Below are positions 55,474-57,093 of a stretch of DNA of 57,093 nt, one piece after another. A model generated the notes under the pieces. The model made no database searches. It worked only from the letters and a program-made list of their open reading frames with translations, and was not told the origin of the DNA. How positions within the stretch are numbered: the first letter of the stretch is position 1; the number at the start of each line of letters is the position of its first letter. This stretch comes from a virus (lineage: Duplodnaviria; Caudoviricetes): positions 1 through 57,093 of the IMG/VR virus record IMGVR_UViG_3300025168_017853; one strand, given 5' to 3'. The position numbers were made by a program, and so were the translations under genes.

Positions 55474-56647
55474 CTACATCTAAGTCCATATCCAGTTCTT
55501 GAGCAAGTGCTTGTACTTCTTCATAAGATTCTGAATCTATTTCGACATCTTCAATAGAACCTAGTTTTTTCTTCATTGCTGCTGCTGTTAAAATATCTAC
55601 AGCTTCTGACCAGTCAGGACTGTTTATAATATCTTTGAACCCTGTTTTGTAGAATTTCTTTTCTGCAATTATCTCGCCGGTACTTGTATTTGTCATTGTT
55701 ATTGACTTCCAGGCGCCGCCTCCCTGAACAGAATACGCAGTATTTCCGTCTTCGCTAAGGACGTCGTTGTCTTTGCAGTACTTTCTAAGTAGATCAAATA
55801 GTTCTTCATGTTCTACAATACCTTTTCCAAAATGAATTTGAAAGTCTACCTTTCTAAAAGGAGGCGCGACTTTGTTTTTAATTGTTTTTGCCCACACCTG
55901 GATTCCTATTACATCGTCTCCATCTTTTATCTGTTGTCCAGCTCCGAGTCTAATCCTAATTGAAGAGTGAAAAGGTATTGCTTTTCCGCCCGGTGTAGTA
56001 GTTGGGTCACCATACATTACGCCTATCTTTGTTCGAACTTGATTTAAAATAACAAAAAGACTGTTAGTTTGACCAATAACACCTGTTATCTTTCGCATTC
56101 CTTTTGAGATTGTTCTTGCTTGAAGGCCAATAGAGTTTTGATCATAATCACCAAGAAGTTCTGCTTTAGGTGATGATGCTGCAACAGAATCCCAAATAAC
56201 TGTTACAGGAATGTCTTTATCTAATGCTTTTGCTTTTAAGATTGTTTTTTCTGCAATTGATAAGACTTCTTCTGTACAGTGAGTATCAACATATACAAAT
56301 CGTTTTGTTACATCACAACCTAACATCTGAAGATTTTCTACAGAAGTTGCGTTTTCAGTATCAATATAAACAACAATTCCGCCCATTTCCTGTGTTGATC
56401 TTGCTATCTGAGTAGCTATGTGTGATTTTCCAATAGAGGGCGGTCCGAATATTTCAATAATTCTTCCTTCTGGAAGCCCGCCGTCTTTCTTGTTTGCGCA
56501 AATCCAGTCAAGCATTTTTGAACCTGTGCTAATCCATCTATTTACGTGAGTAGGACTTTCATCTTCAGATAGATTATAAGCAACTCTTGTCCCTGCTTCT
56601 TTATTTAGTGATTTAATTAAGTCTTTGGTAAAGCTGTCTTTTTGCAT
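55466..56647 (-). CDS. recA: RecA/UvsX recombinase
   Basis: GRIIEIFGPPSIGKS, DSVAA, NQVR, PGGKA, KNKVAPPF. Confidence 0.93.
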   Translation of the reverse strand: MQKDSFTKDLIKSLNKEAGTRVAYNLSEDESPTHVNRWISTGSKMLDWICANKKDGGLPEGRIIEIFGPPSIGKSHIATQIARSTQEMGGIVVYIDTENATSVENLQMLGCDVTKRFVYVDTHCTEEVLSIAEKTILKAKALDKDIPVTVIWDSVAASSPKAELLGDYDQNSIGLQARTISKGMRKITGVIGQTNSLFVILNQVRTKIGVMYGDPTTTPGGKAIPFHSSIRIRLGAGQQIKDGDDVIGIQVWAKTIKNKVAPPFRKVDFQIHFGKGIVEHEELFDLLRKYCKDNDVLSEDGNTAYSVQGGGAWKSITMTNTSTGEIIAEKKFYKTGFKDIINSPDWSEAVDILTAAAMKKKLGSIEDVEIDSESYEEVQALAQELDMDLDVDV

Positions 56648-56673
56648 GATTGTCCTTTGAAAGTTTATATTTG

Positions 56674-56702
56674 ATTCTACTTAGCTTCTTGCTTTATTTA
56701 CA
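56674..56702 (-). promoter_or_regulatory. Class-A promoter TGTAAA-N17-TAGAAT
   Basis: Variant of the recurring motif, upstream of recA. Confidence 0.5.
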
Positions 56703-56706
56703 AAAA

Positions 56707-56727
56707 TGGCGGCACAAAGTGCCGCCA
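56707..56727 (-). terminator. Intrinsic terminator
   Basis: TGGCGGCAC-AAA-GTGCCGCCA plus T-tract; same loop as the hairpin at 45465. Confidence 0.85.
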
Positions 56728-56752
56728 AAGTAAGTCAAACTTAAGTCTAACT

Positions 56753-57093
56753 CTATTCCATTAAGTCTGCAAACGCATCGTCTAGACTTCCAAAGCTTTC
56801 ACTTTCTGTTTTCTTTGATGTTGAATCAGAAGTTGTATTTGTACTTGACGGTGTTGAGCGATGTGCTGTTCCTTCACTAGAAACAGTTTCTTCATCTCCG
56901 TTAATCCAGTTTTCAAGAATACCAGAAATCTCGTCGTAAGATTTAAGCGTGTAAAGATCTTCTACTTTTGGAATATTTTCTAACCACTCAGAAGCTTGTT
57001 TTGACTTAGTAGAAAGCTTAGTAACCTTGCCGCGAGGCATTACATCAGTCATTGCGTACTTTTTACCAGGAGGCTTAGTACAAACAACCTTAA
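56753..57093 (-). CDS. Single-stranded DNA-binding protein (gp32-like), C-terminal part
   Basis: Frame open to the window end; acidic DDAFADLME tail; adjacent to recA and helicase. Confidence 0.7.
   Translation of the reverse strand, partial: KVVCTKPPGKKYAMTDVMPRGKVTKLSTKSKQASEWLENIPKVEDLYTLKSYDEISGILENWINGDEETVSSEGTAHRSTPSSTNTTSDSTSKKTESESFGSLDDAFADLME

Noticed and set aside
20-56415. Numerous plus-strand ORFs and short alternative-frame minus-strand ORFs in the track
   Set aside because: They are shadows of longer minus-strand genes with recognisable motifs, often Ser-rich antisense readings of acidic proteins
32139-56647. Inteins or introns in dnaE, nrdJ, helicase or recA
   Set aside because: Lengths are ordinary and no intein terminal or homing-endonuclease motifs are evident
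1-57093. Alternative genetic code (stop-codon reassignment), common in some huge phages
   Set aside because: Conserved genes are full length under code 11, coding density is high, and TAA, TAG and TGA all end genes normally
1-57093. Bacterial chromosome or eukaryotic giant-virus origin
   Set aside because: Single-strand gene packing, SD sequences, a sigma factor, tmRNA, an amidase, fibre-like genes and scattered divergent housekeeping homologues fit a large bacteriophage better

Overview
A 57 kb segment of a large (jumbo/huge) tailed-phage genome. It is AT-rich and gene-dense, uses the standard genetic code, and essentially all genes are on the minus strand. It carries a replication/recombination block (SSB, RecA, 5'-3' exonuclease, DnaB-like helicase, class II RNR, DnaE-type polymerase), an extended nucleotide/sugar metabolism block, proteostasis genes (tmRNA, ClpP, GroEL, J-domain), stress/repair genes (SOD-like, Dps-like, PolX, DenV-like), an amidase, a possible lysis triplet, fibre-like structural genes and many hypothetical proteins. 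Four observations stand out. (1) A candidate pyrimidine-modification pathway surrounds dnaE: a dNMP kinase fused to a T4 gp42-like thymidylate-synthase-fold domain, a ThyX homologue with Cys at the conserved Ser, an NDT-family glycosidase, MazG/dUTPase and HAD enzymes, and two NDP-sugar epimerases. (2) About 15 otherwise unrelated proteins share an N-terminal MKI(T/S)xxxL(R/K)xII(x)E...LxE leader, resembling a capsid-targeting, protease-cleaved tag. (3) The sigma70 gene stops before region 4.2, and a 4.2-like HTH lies in the next in-frame ORF; recurring promoters with a non-canonical -35 fit this. (4) Promoter motifs sit inside terminator/RBS-sequestering hairpin loops. All calls come from motif recognition by eye; no database searches were run.
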